A DNA stretch of 63,993 bases, counting the filler, from Basidiobolus ranarum (taxonomy: Eukaryota): the NCBI GenBank assembly GCA_040143965.1. It is 5 parts of 5 records of this genome, joined end to end, with 100 filler letters (N's around TTAATTAATTAA, not from the genome) between each part and the next. Parts side by side here need not be neighbours in the genome. Positions count along the whole stretch, not along the records: positions 1 to 13,122 come from JASJQH010007378.1; positions 13,223 to 26,316 come from JASJQH010007379.1; 3 more parts are not named here. One strand, 5' to 3'. Position numbers and translations under genes: made by a program. Of this stretch, positions 1-18,298 are shown piece after piece. Numbering within the stretch: position 1 is the first letter of the stretch; every line of letters starts with the position of its first letter. The notes under the pieces are model-generated. The model had not been told where the DNA came from, searched no databases, and saw only the letters and a list, made by a program, of their open reading frames with translations.

Positions 1-999
1 GTGTGCCAATTTTTTTTGCCAACTTACTAGCTATTTTTTTGTATTCCTCCTGGGCTTCCGCAAGTTTCTGATTTGCTATACTTGCATTACAGGATGACAT
101 GCGGTATATCAAGGACGCAGGGCAAGTGGTACTTGGCTTACGCAAGACTGAGGCAAGGCATTTGTTGAATGACATGGAAGTTCTGGAATAGCTAGAGGAC
201 GTATTTGTGATGTATTCAGTAAGGAGCAGTAGTTTTAAAGTGTGTGAATATTGATGATCACAATTCAATCTCAGAATCGAAGTCACCATCAATCCGCTTT
301 AATCAAGCCGGGATTATACTTGACCAATACGATATATAATAATGAAAATACGGATATATTGTATTAGAGGTACCACAAGCATGATCAACTGATGTCCATC
401 TCTTTAGTACGATCTTTTTGTCGTTTACTCTTTTGTGAGTGCAGAATGAAGGTATTTGTTACTGTATCAACAGTTACAAATCTCTCTCCAGGCATGGATC
501 TACATGCTTTTATCTATGTATTTCAACAAACAAAAATAGGCCTCTACTGTTCCACTGGTGGTAAATTTGAAATAAGTATTCGGGGTACTATGTCATGAAC
601 GGTTGTTTCAAAGAGAGATTAACTCTAAGATTATAACGGAAAGTGTTACATATCACACTTGATAGATAATTCGAGGCTACTGATACAAACAATCTTCACT
701 TGATACACCGTCAAGTCTCAGAAATGGCAGGTCAATGTGCTAGTAACAGAAAGCCGATCATTGAGGTGTGATTGATGAGCATTTAGGAATACCAATTACT
801 TGATTTTTGCCAAGTCGGAATTTTTTATGTGCATCAGTATAGGTTATATTTCATTTATATTCCTATTTACATTATTCTTCTCTCTAAGTTTTGGTTTATC
901 ATACACTTTAACCTCTATCATAGTTTAAGCTTCTAAATTGATTTTTACGCCCTTCGTTGGAAGTTTGTCGGTTTATTCAATAAATAGCGTACGTAGAGG

Positions 1000-4355
<3,356 letters not shown>

Positions 4356-6385
4356 CAAAGATCGAGATTAAAGTCCTTGTTGTATTTCGCTATGACATAG
4401 TGTGGATTGAGACCATTTCAGATGAAAACATGGGAATACTCAATACTTTCCTATGCCACTAGCATATACTAACCTACTTGTTTTCCGATATTTAACCTTT
4501 TTGATTTTGAAATCGTCTACCCTTTCCCAACTGTATAACACTCTACCGATTATTAATGCATACATGAGTTTAACTTGGCAATCTTCTTGCTCTGTTTTAT
4601 CCATACATCGCACTAGCGAAGCCACTTTACTTTATAAATACGTTGGCATGTATCTTCGCTCACTTTGTAGCTATGCGCTACGTACTTATTTTTACTACAA
4701 CACCTGGTCCCTGATATCTTCATTCATACAGCCAAACTGAAGTAAACATAATTAAACCGACATCAAGATATAATTTCATAGGCTTGCCACCTCTACGTTG
4801 CCCCCAAATCACCAATTATCCTCTGTTAAAGACAAAACTGAATGTAAAACTATGTATTGATTGAACCGATCATTTATATAGATTTACCCAGTTGTCTGAG
4901 GAAATGGACTCGTCGCTACAAAAAGATGCGTCGATCGTTGATTGCTTTTGCAAGCTCAGTACTTGGCATTGCTAATAGTATGTAAGAGTGATAAGCTACT
5001 AGACAAAGTCAATTCTAGAATCTAGCATGTCCCAAGCCTGAACTGACAAAGTGTTGATGCCATGAAGACTCCCCGGCGCTTGGAAAAACCAAGATGTATT
5101 AGCGTCATCTAAGAAGTAGAATCACTGTTTATCAGCGTGTAATCAGGAAGAGTCCAATTTCATTCGAGCTACGCACACAATAGATCACCAACGATTTGCG
5201 TTTCACAGTCATCCCGCATCTTAGTCGAGGTTATCTCATCGATTGTATAACCAGACAGATATATTCACTCTGACCTTTAGTACATCTTACAAGAGCCTTC
5301 AGCGGATAGATGTGGTTGATTTGATTGTTACTAGATCCGATTTAAATTATGGAAAAAAACTTTCGACCAATATGGATTCAATCGATGTGTGTGTCTGGGT
5401 CTACGCTGTATCTAGAATTATTGATCCAACTGAACCCTCCGATATAATTGTGACAGCTTCTCTGGGTGTGGTTTCATGTTGGAGTAAGGTATAATCCCCG
5501 ATCAAGTGAAATGTTTCCGCAGAGTCGAAAACATCCACTGACGAATAGCAAGAGTGTGTCTACAAATAGGTGGGCGCCATCAAGATATGGCAGTTAGAAT
5601 TCAACATGCTTGCATTTGTGACTTTAGCAGGAATCAACTTACAACGGCGGTGTTGGCTTTTCTCTAGATGGACACCAGGTATCCATAAAATAGAATGATC
5701 CTTATACATACTTGATCTGACGCTATCCAAATTTATCCAATACCTGGTGTTTGTGGAATCGGCACACGTATCAGGATTGTTGGTTTCAATCCCAAGAAAG
5801 CTCAGAGGCACTGACCCTTCTCACCAATCAGCAGGCACCGAATGGGCGATTGCTCGTTTGAAATAGCATGTAATATAAAACCACAGATCCAGATTTTATA
5901 TATATTTACTTTCGGACTTACAATTGAAGCCATATGTGCGCTGGAAAAACATTATTGCGACACTTTTCCCAATCAACAATATTGAAATATCAGTTGAGCT
6001 CAAGATTTTGGAAATTGTTGAATCCCAGTAGTCACTCATAAAGCCTAAAAAACAATGTTAATCAAATCCTCGCCATACTCACCCGGGATAATCCAAAAAA
6101 CCCAGGTGAGTGATTTAAGTATATAAACATTGTTGTGCCATAGCCCGTCCACCTACAACTTCCTCAGTCTCTAAAAACCGTTTGCTATCATTGATTAAAT
6201 ATAAACTGAAGTTTGTTATATATATAAACCATTATTCGTTACTGCAGAGCTACCAGGTATTCCTTTACTTATAGCAAGGATTCTGCAGCTTATTTCTAAC
6301 ATTCTTCAATTCTATAGTTGTTCGAGACGTAATTTCATTGTTATTTATCATCAACATACTCTGGGACTCGAGAACTCTAAAGAAA

Positions 6386-7141
6386 ATGCAGGTTATGGAT
6401 GAAGTACATACAAACCAGTTTCCCGATACTTGGTTCTCGTGCCCTTTTGGAAATTGCACTTGCAAGTTTAAGGCCTATGACTTAGTCAAGCGACACGTAT
6501 TAGAACATCATATGAACACCTTTTCGCGTTGCGATTCAGATTATTGTGAAACCTGCCTTTCGCATTCTCAAGGTGGGCTTCCGCACGTTCGTAGCAACTC
6601 CATTAGTGACACTTCTAAACGTAAGAGAGATCTGACTTCGTCTGTTGCCCCAATGGAAAAAAATCCCAAATACAATTGTGTTCGCGACTCTGAACCCTCT
6701 ACTTATCCCGAAACAACAGGTCGACTTAGCATTCAAACAGGCCCACATATTTCAGAGACCTCGGATACTTCTAAGAATATGGAATTCAACTCAAATAGTC
6801 CAAAGATCTCGAGCCCAACATTACCCAGTATTCGGTCAATATTCAATATGGATGAGCGAATTCAGCAACCTTTTTCTCCTCTAACCATGAGTACCGCTAG
6901 TCAGTCCGGAACTCACGGATATGCTGTACCTTCACTTCCTAGTTTAGAGGAGTTGTCTTTCACGCCTGTTACATATTCATATAATCCGTGGGCTACCTCT
7001 ACCACAATATATCCTTGTCAGGTATTTGGATGTAACATGAAGTTTGATCGTATGGAGTATCTCCACCGCCATCTGCTTTACCATCCGCCCGAAGATCCAC
7101 GTTCATCAGGATCCAACATCGAACCCCGTCCACCGATGTAG
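6386..7141 (+). CDS. C2H2 zinc-finger protein (one N-terminal and one C-terminal finger)
   Basis: FSCPFGNCTCKFKAYDLVKRHVLEHH and YPCQVFGCNMKFDRMEYLHRHLLYH flank a Ser/Pro-rich linker. First ATG is at 6386; 6395 is an alternative if a 5' intron is used. Confidence 0.8.
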   Translation: MQVMDEVHTNQFPDTWFSCPFGNCTCKFKAYDLVKRHVLEHHMNTFSRCDSDYCETCLSHSQGGLPHVRSNSISDTSKRKRDLTSSVAPMEKNPKYNCVRDSEPSTYPETTGRLSIQTGPHISETSDTSKNMEFNSNSPKISSPTLPSIRSIFNMDERIQQPFSPLTMSTASQSGTHGYAVPSLPSLEELSFTPVTYSYNPWATSTTIYPCQVFGCNMKFDRMEYLHRHLLYHPPEDPRSSGSNIEPRPPM

Positions 7142-9712
7142 AGTAAAACATAGGAGTTATCATGAAAACTGCTACTTTACCGCGTTGTAGGGTCAATTTC
7201 TAATCAGCATCTTTGTAATACTTTTACATTGGATTTAATATTGGTCGAAGATTGTGTATTCTCCGAGTCCCCCGGCTTATCTTGTCACATCAGTATTTAT
7301 TCATTTGACATGTCGATAACCCTTCATATAACCCAGCAACTATGAGGTGGTTCATCATGTATATAACAATATTGCATTAGTATTAATTGAACTTGGTAGC
7401 TTTATTTTAGTAGAATATGTCAAACGAGTTATTGAGATATGTATAAGGATTGACCGCCCTTTTAGACAGGGTTAGACTTGGTAACAGTGATGATAAAATA
7501 ATAAAAATACTTCACAAAAATAGCTGGGTGGATGGTATCGGTATAATATTTTGATCGGCGAACATAGCTTACCATGTATAGTGCAGAGATATCTGGAGAG
7601 GTGTCGGTATAATTCTAGAATTCTACATAGATGGTAACCTATGTCAACGTCAACGACGAAATTTATATTTGGGTGGTCAAGATATTTTAGTCTCTAGATC
7701 ACATTCGCCAATTCATATGAGGGGCTTATAATTATTCTTCGATATTCTTCCCAAAATGATCATCACTGCTTCTGGCTCCTCTCCATTCGTGCTCATTAGA
7801 ACTCAGTTATCAGTAAACCTGTAGCACTTTTAACGCTAATCAAAATCAGGAAACAATATTTTTGCCCCGACATCAATACCCAATATACTTTAATATATAC
7901 AAACATAAAAAAATTACCCCGGAATTGGGGAATCCACGAGTAAAGGGAATATTTCACACCCTCCAATAAGGCATCCACTAAAAGATCGCACACTTGAAAG
8001 CTACAACATATTGAACTAGTGTAGGAAGAGTGAGATAGCTACTCATACAAGTGGTAATTATGTTACCAGTTCAAATAGATGCTCGCAATAAAGCAATACA
8101 TATCAATAGGAAGTGACTATCGTTATAGAATAAAACCCCCTTCATAAAACAACATACCGTTTTCCCGTACATCGGCAAGTATTATTATCGATGATTGCAC
8201 TCTCCTCTTCCTGAATTCACCCTACTTTTAATGACTATTATATATTAAATATGAAAAGAACAAACTGAAAGCAAACTGCAGGTGGACAAACAGGGTCATA
8301 AGTGCTCTATAAAATGACCACCAAATCGATTCCTTCTGGGATAGCCAAGAGTAAACTGAGGTCATAGAACATTTCTGGCGGGTATACCTTCGACTTAAGC
8401 GGCCTGGTTTGGTAAACCATTGAAAGTATATTACCATCTGAGTTTTCAAGAAGTTTCTTTATACATCGAGTTTAGCGATCAATTCATTTTGTTGATAATA
8501 GTTACACTGATTTGGTTAATAAAAAACCGGATTTGCTATCTCAATATGATCTATTTTTTGGATTCCCCAAGTGTAGACCACGTCGTATAATTGAACTTGC
8601 TGAGTATCTTCACCTAAATCATGTTCTGTATTAGAATCACCAGTTCGTATTGCTTCAAGATTCAAACCAGCAGTCACGTCTTTATACCTATCACTACTGT
8701 AAATGGGGATAATAGTAATAATGGTTTCAAAATACAAACACTTTCTTTAGTGATTTGATCTATCTATCGGAAAGTTCGACATATGGAGGTATGTTAGTGT
8801 CTACAACACGATATATCTTCAAGTTGGAAACGACCATAGCAATAATATCTTATAAGAGCTCCTGTTACAGCATATGGTAGAGGGCGTTCCATAGAAAGTG
8901 GTAGTAATTTCCTGTCCAGGCTTAGATATGCTTGGCAAGAATCAGAACCCTTAGTATAATGATCAAATACTAACTATGCTATCCTCAGTGTATAAAGTGA
9001 TGCATACTGCATATTTCTGAAAATTCTTTACATAAAGTAGGTGCCAGTTTGATAGCTTGGATGTGGAGATTTCCAAAGAGATGACATGCAACCCTGTTCC
9101 ATCATGTGTCATGTGACTTCATCTTTAAGATGAGAACTTTTAGTCAACATGAGCACTCGCAATCTTTGCGACCATTTATAATGGTTTTCCAGTAAAAAAT
9201 TCCCGATAAACACATGGCATATTTGAAATTTTATTTGACAATTAATTTACTATATATAATAAAGATACCCCAAGTATTTTCCCTACAAGAGTCTATTCAA
9301 ATATCCCTATATTACTGCGTAAAAGTGCCATTTGTTGGTGAAATAATATGTAGATGATGAAAATGCAAAACCTTGGCCGAGTTTGGATTGGAGATTGCCG
9401 AAGATTGTAAAATGATGGGATCATGTGACATTGGACCCTGGTTAGATCAATTTTTTGTAGGAGTAGGTGGAAAAAATTGACATATTGATGAGTCAAACGA
9501 ATTCGATGGTAAAAGATTTGCAATAGAAAGAGGTGCATTTTAGGTGAGTTTACTTCCGAACTGAAGTCTACTTACTTGGTCCAAGTTTACTTTCGTCACT
9601 CTACAACAACCTAAAGTAAGTATTAACACCCCAACAATAGCCAGTGAACTTCTCCTAATACATAAATTCAACTATTCTAGTTTTCCCAAAATCTATACAA
9701 AGTTAAATCAAA

Positions 9713-10153
9713 ATGTTCGTTACCGAACCGTTACTTAATGCCTTCAAGGATACCTTCAAACGTGCCCAGCGTGGTCTCTTCAACGGAAAGAAGGTTCAAT
9801 TCGGTAATAACAAGCCCGAATCCAACCACAAAACTCGTCGTCGTTGGTTACCTAACATTCAAGAAAAGCAATTGTACTCTCAGTTACATAATAAGATGTT
9901 GAAGATTAAGGTAACCGCTTCTGCTTTACGTACCATCGACAAAAAAGGTGGCCTTGACCAGTATTTATTGAGTACTCGTGATACAAAGTTGTTCAGTGAG
10001 TTTGGTATTGCCATGAAGCGTGACTTGGAGGTTATACTTCAACGTAAAGGCTGGACAAAGAATCCTAACACTTGGAAAGTAGCACCTCCCGCTGACGGGA
10101 AGATCAGAAAGCCCAAGTCGAAGACTACCTTAGCTAAGGTTACTCATTTATAA
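9713..10153 (+). CDS. Mitochondrial ribosomal protein bL28m (yeast MRPL24-like)
   Basis: FKRAQRGLFNGKKVQFGN...KTRRRWLPNIQEK...ALRTIDKKGGLDQYLL is the L28 signature. A probable 5'UTR intron lies at ~9616-9680. Confidence 0.93.
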   Translation: MFVTEPLLNAFKDTFKRAQRGLFNGKKVQFGNNKPESNHKTRRRWLPNIQEKQLYSQLHNKMLKIKVTASALRTIDKKGGLDQYLLSTRDTKLFSEFGIAMKRDLEVILQRKGWTKNPNTWKVAPPADGKIRKPKSKTTLAKVTHL

Positions 10154-10591
10154 GCTTCATCTTTCAATATTTTCATTCTCTTAAAAATGGCATTCAGTAA
10201 AAGTTGCTTCCATCAGAGAAGCGTTTTTTTCGATTTAATAAATGATTCTATCAATTATCTATCCTATGTGTACCCGATATAAAGTGGATATTCACTGTTG
10301 ATACTTGGTTTGATGTTTCGAATTCCTCTATCTTGCGAATTTATTCATTTATAATTGAACAATGAAATGTGAGTTCGACAAAAACACGGCAAGAATGATT
10401 GAAGCAAAAGTTGTCAGATGAGAGTGTAAATATAGCACGTAACCTGTAAAAACTCACATGCAGACAAAAACATGGGTGTAGTTGAAATAAAAGCAGAGTA
10501 AAGTCTACTGATTAATACATTATTTTGATGTGGCTAGGAAAGAAGAAAATATACACGAAGTCTTGACTTTCAAAATTCGTCTCATATTCCT

Positions 10592-13122
10592 TTAAGAAAT
10601 TGGAAATACTTGAACATTGTTGTAGATTCGAGCTGAATCGTAGCTCACTGGGTATATTTGAATCGGGACTCGACAATCGAAGGTTTCCGAATCGGCATAA
10701 TCAATAGCTTTGAGATGTGTATGATTTACATCATAGTGAGTTGGTGTCATAGGGAACCTTTCCTTAATTCCTATAATCAACTTAATTCTCAAGTACCACT
10801 CCAATGAGACTAAATAGATGAAGCGGTTGGTTAGTCTGACTTCTCTGCTAGCAAGTTAGTATATCACTGGACTAAAAATTAGTACGCTACCAGCTGAAGT
10901 TTCGAAGCCAGGGGTGCAAAGTGGTGGAATACTCAGCATTACGTTAGTGCGGAGTGTGTTCAGACAAAATTCATGGTGCTCAGCATGAACTTTTCTTGTG
11001 TTCGTCTCGATCTGCTGTGGTGTTTTGTTAGCAAAGGAGGTTTTTACCACCTCCATCGATTCTAACGTAACAGAAGCCTGCATCGATTCGAAGGTTTGTT
11101 AATTATACTAATCTCGTGCGGTTTATGGGGGGAGGTTGATAGGTCACGTACCTGATAGCAACGTTCAAGTGAGTTCATAAATGTTAAAGTTCCAGTGACA
11201 ACGTCTCCGAGTTGAAACGCCGTTTTCATCATACTGAATTGTGCAAATGGGTCATCGCCTTTGCTAATGTTGAATGTCACTATAAAAAGTATCAGCAAGT
11301 ATCCGATATTCAAATATAAGAGGTGTTCTGATTACCTTTGCTGAACTTTTGACAAACTATGGATGCTATTTCAAGAGATTTCCCTTGGTCGGGCACATTC
11401 TTAGCATCACTAGTAGCCGATAGAGAGGGGATATTCGATAGGTTCTGTAGATCCGGTGTGGTAGCGGATGAGGATAACGAAAATATATTTTCAATGATAG
11501 CTTCGGTAGATATGTCTGCATACGTTGTTCCAATACAATTATGTTAGTACGTGTCATATCATATCAACAGTGATACTTAACCATAACAAACCTTTTTTAA
11601 CTCTCTTTTGTTCTTCTACTGAGCCCTTCTTGCTTATACATTCAACAGTTGCTTCATCCTTATTTATAATTGTAGGGTTCATTAAATCGTAAGGATTAGG
11701 TAATCCTTGAGCTAATGGTAAGGGTATAGGTTAAAGCATTGCCTATAGAGTTAAAGATACAATACGCGTACCGTTTAACTTGGAGAAGACTCTAAATGGC
11801 ATTTGAACTATCTGTGCTCTAGTGTGATGACCACCTCGTTGAGCACCTAGTAGCAGGTTGTAGGATACGCGTATAGCCTTTCCTCGATGAGAAGGAGGTA
11901 AAATGGAGGGCAATGTAAATTCAAAAGTATCTAATGAGACAAATTATCAATATATAAAGTTATACTAGTGTACATTGGTGCATCAAACAACTTACATGAT
12001 TTAGATTCTCCTGGAGCCAACTCCAAATCACAAAAAAGAATCGAGGGAGGCGTTGAAAGGACGGGCAGCATTTTGCTATCTTCATTCAATGAAATACAAA
12101 GTCAGAATATTATTTAGAGTTTGAGTTAGCATGTTTTTGTTTCGTATCGAAACCGACCTCCTTTTTGAAGTTCAGCTACAGAAGACGTCGTTCCACCAGT
12201 AGTAGGAACACCAATAATCCCACCTCCTACACTTCCCCCAGAGCCTATTCCGTTAGCAGATCGATACATAGTTTTGGATTTAAGTGACTCAAATTCATCA
12301 AACTTTATGATGCTCCCATTAATCACGAAATGTCCTACGACTTGGGCAAATCCCCACATGAGATATTCAGTTTTAAAACTAGCACATGGGGAGGAAGATG
12401 ACCTGGTCATAGAGGCAGACTTTAAGTCTATGAGGGATATATTAATATTAGGAACCAAAATTTTATGTCAATAAGCAGGTATAAAGTTTACTAACTTATA
12501 GGAGTTGAGAAGCCATCTGAAGACTGAGTGCGCTGTAAATTTCCGTATCCGTTGGAGATAGAAGACTTTGTATAGTCTAAAAGTAGAAGATAACTCTTCA
12601 TGATAAGTAGAAATCCACAAAGATTGCAAGTGTAGATGGAGCAACGGCCATGTCTTCACAAAGGAATAACTTTATAGAGATACAAAGTGAGCGGTTTCTT
12701 ACCATTGTTTAGGGGACTCTCCTTTATATTAGAAGAACCTGAAAAACTGAACCACGATGACAACGAAGCAGTCTTTCTTCGAACGAATTTGAAATTGAAT
12801 AAACTTGCATCTTCTGGATCTTGATAAAATCGTTGTTCGGGGTTTTTGGTGAGAGTCGAAGAGTTATTGAAAATGGCAGAGTTTAGTTTGTTTCCATAAC
12901 TCGAGGAGAAATTTGGAGTAATAAAGAGATTGGTAAAGCGGCTATCTAAAGAATCCATAGATTGTTGCGTATATATTGAATCTAAACTTGATCTTCCACT
13001 TTCAGGCACACTCTCAATATCCGTTGAAGAATCATCAAAGGAACAATCGCTAGCGGTGGGGGCTTTGGATAAAGGATGGGCTGCATTTGACGGTTGGTGA
13101 AAAAAAGTTATGGTACAAGATA
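10592..13122 (-). CDS. RGP1: Rgp1 (Ric1-Rgp1 Ypt6/Rab6 GEF subunit), 5'-truncated by the contig end, multi-exon
   Basis: EYLMWGFAQVVGHF, LSTPPSIFFCDLELAPGE, LPPSHRGKAIRVSYNL, C-terminal ETFDCRVPIQIYP. Stop at 10592. Confidence 0.85.
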
Positions 13123-13222
13123 NNNNNNNNNNNNNNNNNNNNNNNNNNNNNNNNNNNNNNNNNNNNTTAATTAATTAANNNNNNNNNNNNNNNNNNNNNN
13201 NNNNNNNNNNNNNNNNNNNNNN
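13123..13222. other. Artificial contig spacer N44-TTAATTAATTAA-N44
   Basis: Identical 100-nt linker with stop codons in all six frames; occurs four times in the window. Confidence 0.98.
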
Positions 13223-13704
13223 CTTATGTACCAATCCGAAGCAAACTTCAAGAATATCATTCAACCCTCGAAGAAGCTAAGGCCGACATCACTGGACTCT
13301 TTGCTGCCAAATTGCTTTCTGATTCGGGTTCCTTCAAGCACGTCAGCATGGAAAGCTTCTACGTCACTTATTTGGCAAGTGCATTCAGATCCATCAGGTT
13401 CGGCCTTAATGAAGCTCATGGACGTGGACAAGCTGCTCAATTAAACTACCTGATTGATCAAGGCGGGTTTACTTACGACTCTACCACTGAACGATTCAAA
13501 GTGAACTTTACCAAGATTGATCACGCAGTTGAGGCCCTTACCAGAGAAATCATGGTTATCCAGGGTAACGGTAATAAATCCGAGGCTGAGCAATTCTTGA
13601 ATACGTATGGCATCAATAGAGAGTACACTCAGCTAGCTTTAAAAAAATTGGCCAATATTCCCATCGATATTCAGCCCAACTTTACCATCGCCGGAGATGT
13701 GTGA
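13223..13704 (+). CDS. C-terminal part of a peptidase M49 / dipeptidyl peptidase III, plant-NUDT3/bacterial type (5'-truncated)
   Basis: The frame is open from the contig edge: YVPIRSKLQEYHSTLEEAKADITGLF...FRSIRFGLNEAHGRGQAAQLNYL. It ends IPIDIQPNF. Confidence 0.85.
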
Positions 13705-14988
13705 AATAGGTGATGTTAAGTATTCAAATAGTGAATCTTCGTTTGTATTGCTTTCGACATGTAAACACCGAAGTTAATAAAGTCTACTTGAATTTCTTCA
13801 TGAAAAGAGCTCTCGTTGGCTAGTTAGGATATATTAGAGATGCTGAGAGGGCGAATTCCACTCTATCCCATACATTGTTTATGTGATCACTATTTAAGAA
13901 TGGTAGTAATTCATATATGAACAAGATGTGGGACAAACAGATTACAACCGGATTAGAGTCAACACAAATTCGCTTCTTCTAATCCAAATACAACAAATCA
14001 CGTCACACTCTTGGTTAATTTTATATTTTTCGCCTTAGCATATAAACGTTAGTCATCCAAGAAGATACGTTGTTTACTTGTGACAGTCTTTGTTAATAAT
14101 ACCTATGAAAGTCATCCCGCAACAGAACATATCTGTACCTGACTGAACCATGTGTCTACGCATGCTTTATGGAAGGCATCGAAGCTATTTGAGTATCAGA
14201 AGTGTTCACAGTTCGCGGGCTCGAAATCCTAGGGGGTTGGTCAGTGAAGCTTAAGTCCAAACATCACAATCTATTTTCCTGTGACATCAAGGAATTTCTT
14301 AATCGGAGCACTATCAAAGTAAATTAATTTACGATCGAAGAAATTTTGTTAGCGGTGTAACCATTTCAATTCCAATTGCGGCTCTTTCTCTCAGAAAAGT
14401 CAATATCAGTCAACAGCAAAAGGTGGAATACTTCACATAGACTAGCTCGTCATATCCATCTTCATCTCCATCTCCATCCTAAATTAGCGATCTGTATCTG
14501 CTGCAATGTTGGAACACCCAGCAGACAGGTTCTAGACAGTGCCAACACTTAGTGAGCACTAAATGAATGCTGACAGAGTGTGAAATATAACAAGCACTTC
14601 GTACAACGATAACTTTGTAAATACCCACTAAGAGCTCAGAATCCTTCTACTGCTCTTTCCTAAATAAACTTGGCTACTTGACGTCACAATAATGAACGCT
14701 ACCTAGCACAGAAAAGGAATAGTGATTACCTGCAATCTCCGACCTATCTCTTTCCAATATCCTGATATGTGGTGTGTGATGACGTTACGAGCAATTTGGT
14801 GGTACCTTGATCAATGTCAATTTCCGTATACAATCGAACGAAACCATCAACACTAGTGGTCTTCATTTCGAAAGAAAGTATAAAAGAACTGCCAACATTG
14901 CTACTAACCTCATCAAGTCTCATTCTATTGCTTATTCTCTAGCACACAACTATCCACCTGTCTCCTAATCCTACGCCTACTAATCAAC

Positions 14989-16702
<1,714 letters not shown>

Positions 16703-17812
16703 TTCATCTTTGGTGGAATCCAGTAGTCCAGCAGGCTCTTCCCACTAATTGATTAGATTCTCTCTACCTCATATTTCATAAACTGTCGTATATAATTTAA
16801 CATATTGCTTCTCCATTCCATTGAACAAAATTTATTCCCACATTTACGAACACATCCTTTCAACCAAATAAACTCACTTGCTACCATTCAACTCGTTATT
16901 CTAAAATTGGACCTAGTTGGCGCTAGTAATCGACCAAAAAAATTGCGGCAAATTCTCCAGTAGATTTGTTCGTTGGCAGTCATTTAATAAAATCAATGGA
17001 ATATAGTCACCCAATAATGTACAACCAGCTATTCCATTATAAGCTCTTCCAGAACACTCAGATCAGGAGATGATAAGCCCAATCTAAACTACATAGCTGT
17101 ACCCCGATCCTGCGTGATAAGAATGAGCTCTGGAAACTGATTATCAAGAATAAAGGCATTCTATTTCCTTCAGCGAAATCTTCATTCCTTCATCTGATCA
17201 TATACTCAAACGAAGAGTAAGGCACTAAAATTGCAGAGAAGTGACATCCAGAGGCCTAATCATTTGTAGAAAACTCGTCATCACAGCACATCACAAGTCC
17301 AAAATTCCGACTTTTTATCGAAGTGAGCAGTGTGAGGGCAAGGTGGAAAAAGGGCCCCACTCGCATCCTCCAATAACACAGTTGCTCCAGTCACTTGCGT
17401 GTGTTTATTTGAAAGTAGATTTATTAATTGGCGCAGTACATCATGCGCAATGATGTAAGAAATTTGTTACATAACCGAAAGACATGGGACATACTTAAAT
17501 TGCCTTACATAGAAAAGAGTAACTACAGTGGTGTACCGAAGCTGTATAGAGGCAACATATTTAAATGTTGGTTATACGATCCCGTAAGACTTATTGGCTT
17601 GTCAGGTGGAATGACAACGATATTGTTAACTAAATATCACCAAGTGGTGTAAAGTTTCTTCAGGTTATTGAAAGCAAATGTTGAGTCCTTATTTACAAAT
17701 TTTGCGAGAATTGAAGTAACACGATTCTCACGAGAGGCGTGGGAATCTCCAAAAAGAACAAACCTGATGCATATAACTTTCATGATTCTTCCTACTGAAA
17801 TGAGATCACAAT

Positions 17813-18298
17813 TCAATGATGGTCGCTTTGTAGGTCTGGAAGTGACGAGCTTCGAAACCTTGAATGAATAGGTAGATCTCCAGTAGTATCCAGTGCAGTA
17901 GAGGTAAGCGGTTCAGTGAGGGACCTTTCATGTAATGAAATTGGAAATGATATATATTGCAATTTCTTTGACGAAAAATCTCCAACAATTGGTGTATGCG
18001 AGTCAAGATCATGCAGAGTATCCGACCCTGCTGCAGGATTCTCTGTCTCAAAGTTATGAGGGAAAGAGGTGTACTCGGTCTCTGGTACTGTTGCATCGTT
18101 TACGGAAGCTAAACTCTCGTATGCAGCAAATTTACACAAGTGATCAACGCAGGGCCGTCCGCTGAGCCGTGATTTACTATTAGGTAACGCAAGTTCGGCA
18201 GTTGCCACCGCAGGGATAACCTCATGAGGTTGAATCGACTGGTTGTTTCCTAGGGGAACCCAGAGATTTCGAGTATTTTGACGTACCAGAGGGGTCAT
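17813..18298 (-). CDS. Hypothetical intronless protein (~161 aa)
   Basis: Long ORF for AT-rich DNA, ATG at 18298, TATATAA about 150 bp upstream. No recognisable domain. Confidence 0.4.
   Translation of the reverse strand: MTPLVRQNTRNLWVPLGNNQSIQPHEVIPAVATAELALPNSKSRLSGRPCVDHLCKFAAYESLASVNDATVPETEYTSFPHNFETENPAAGSDTLHDLDSHTPIVGDFSSKKLQYISFPISLHERSLTEPLTSTALDTTGDLPIHSRFRSSSLPDLQSDHH

Noticed and set aside
4440-5811. Short ORFs between the HECT and C2H2 genes (and likewise at 7796-8737)
   Set aside because: No recognisable domain or consistent gene structure.
13167-13178. Palindromic TTAATTAATTAA recurring about every 13 kb
   Set aside because: It is a synthetic all-frame-stop linker inside N runs, not biological periodicity.
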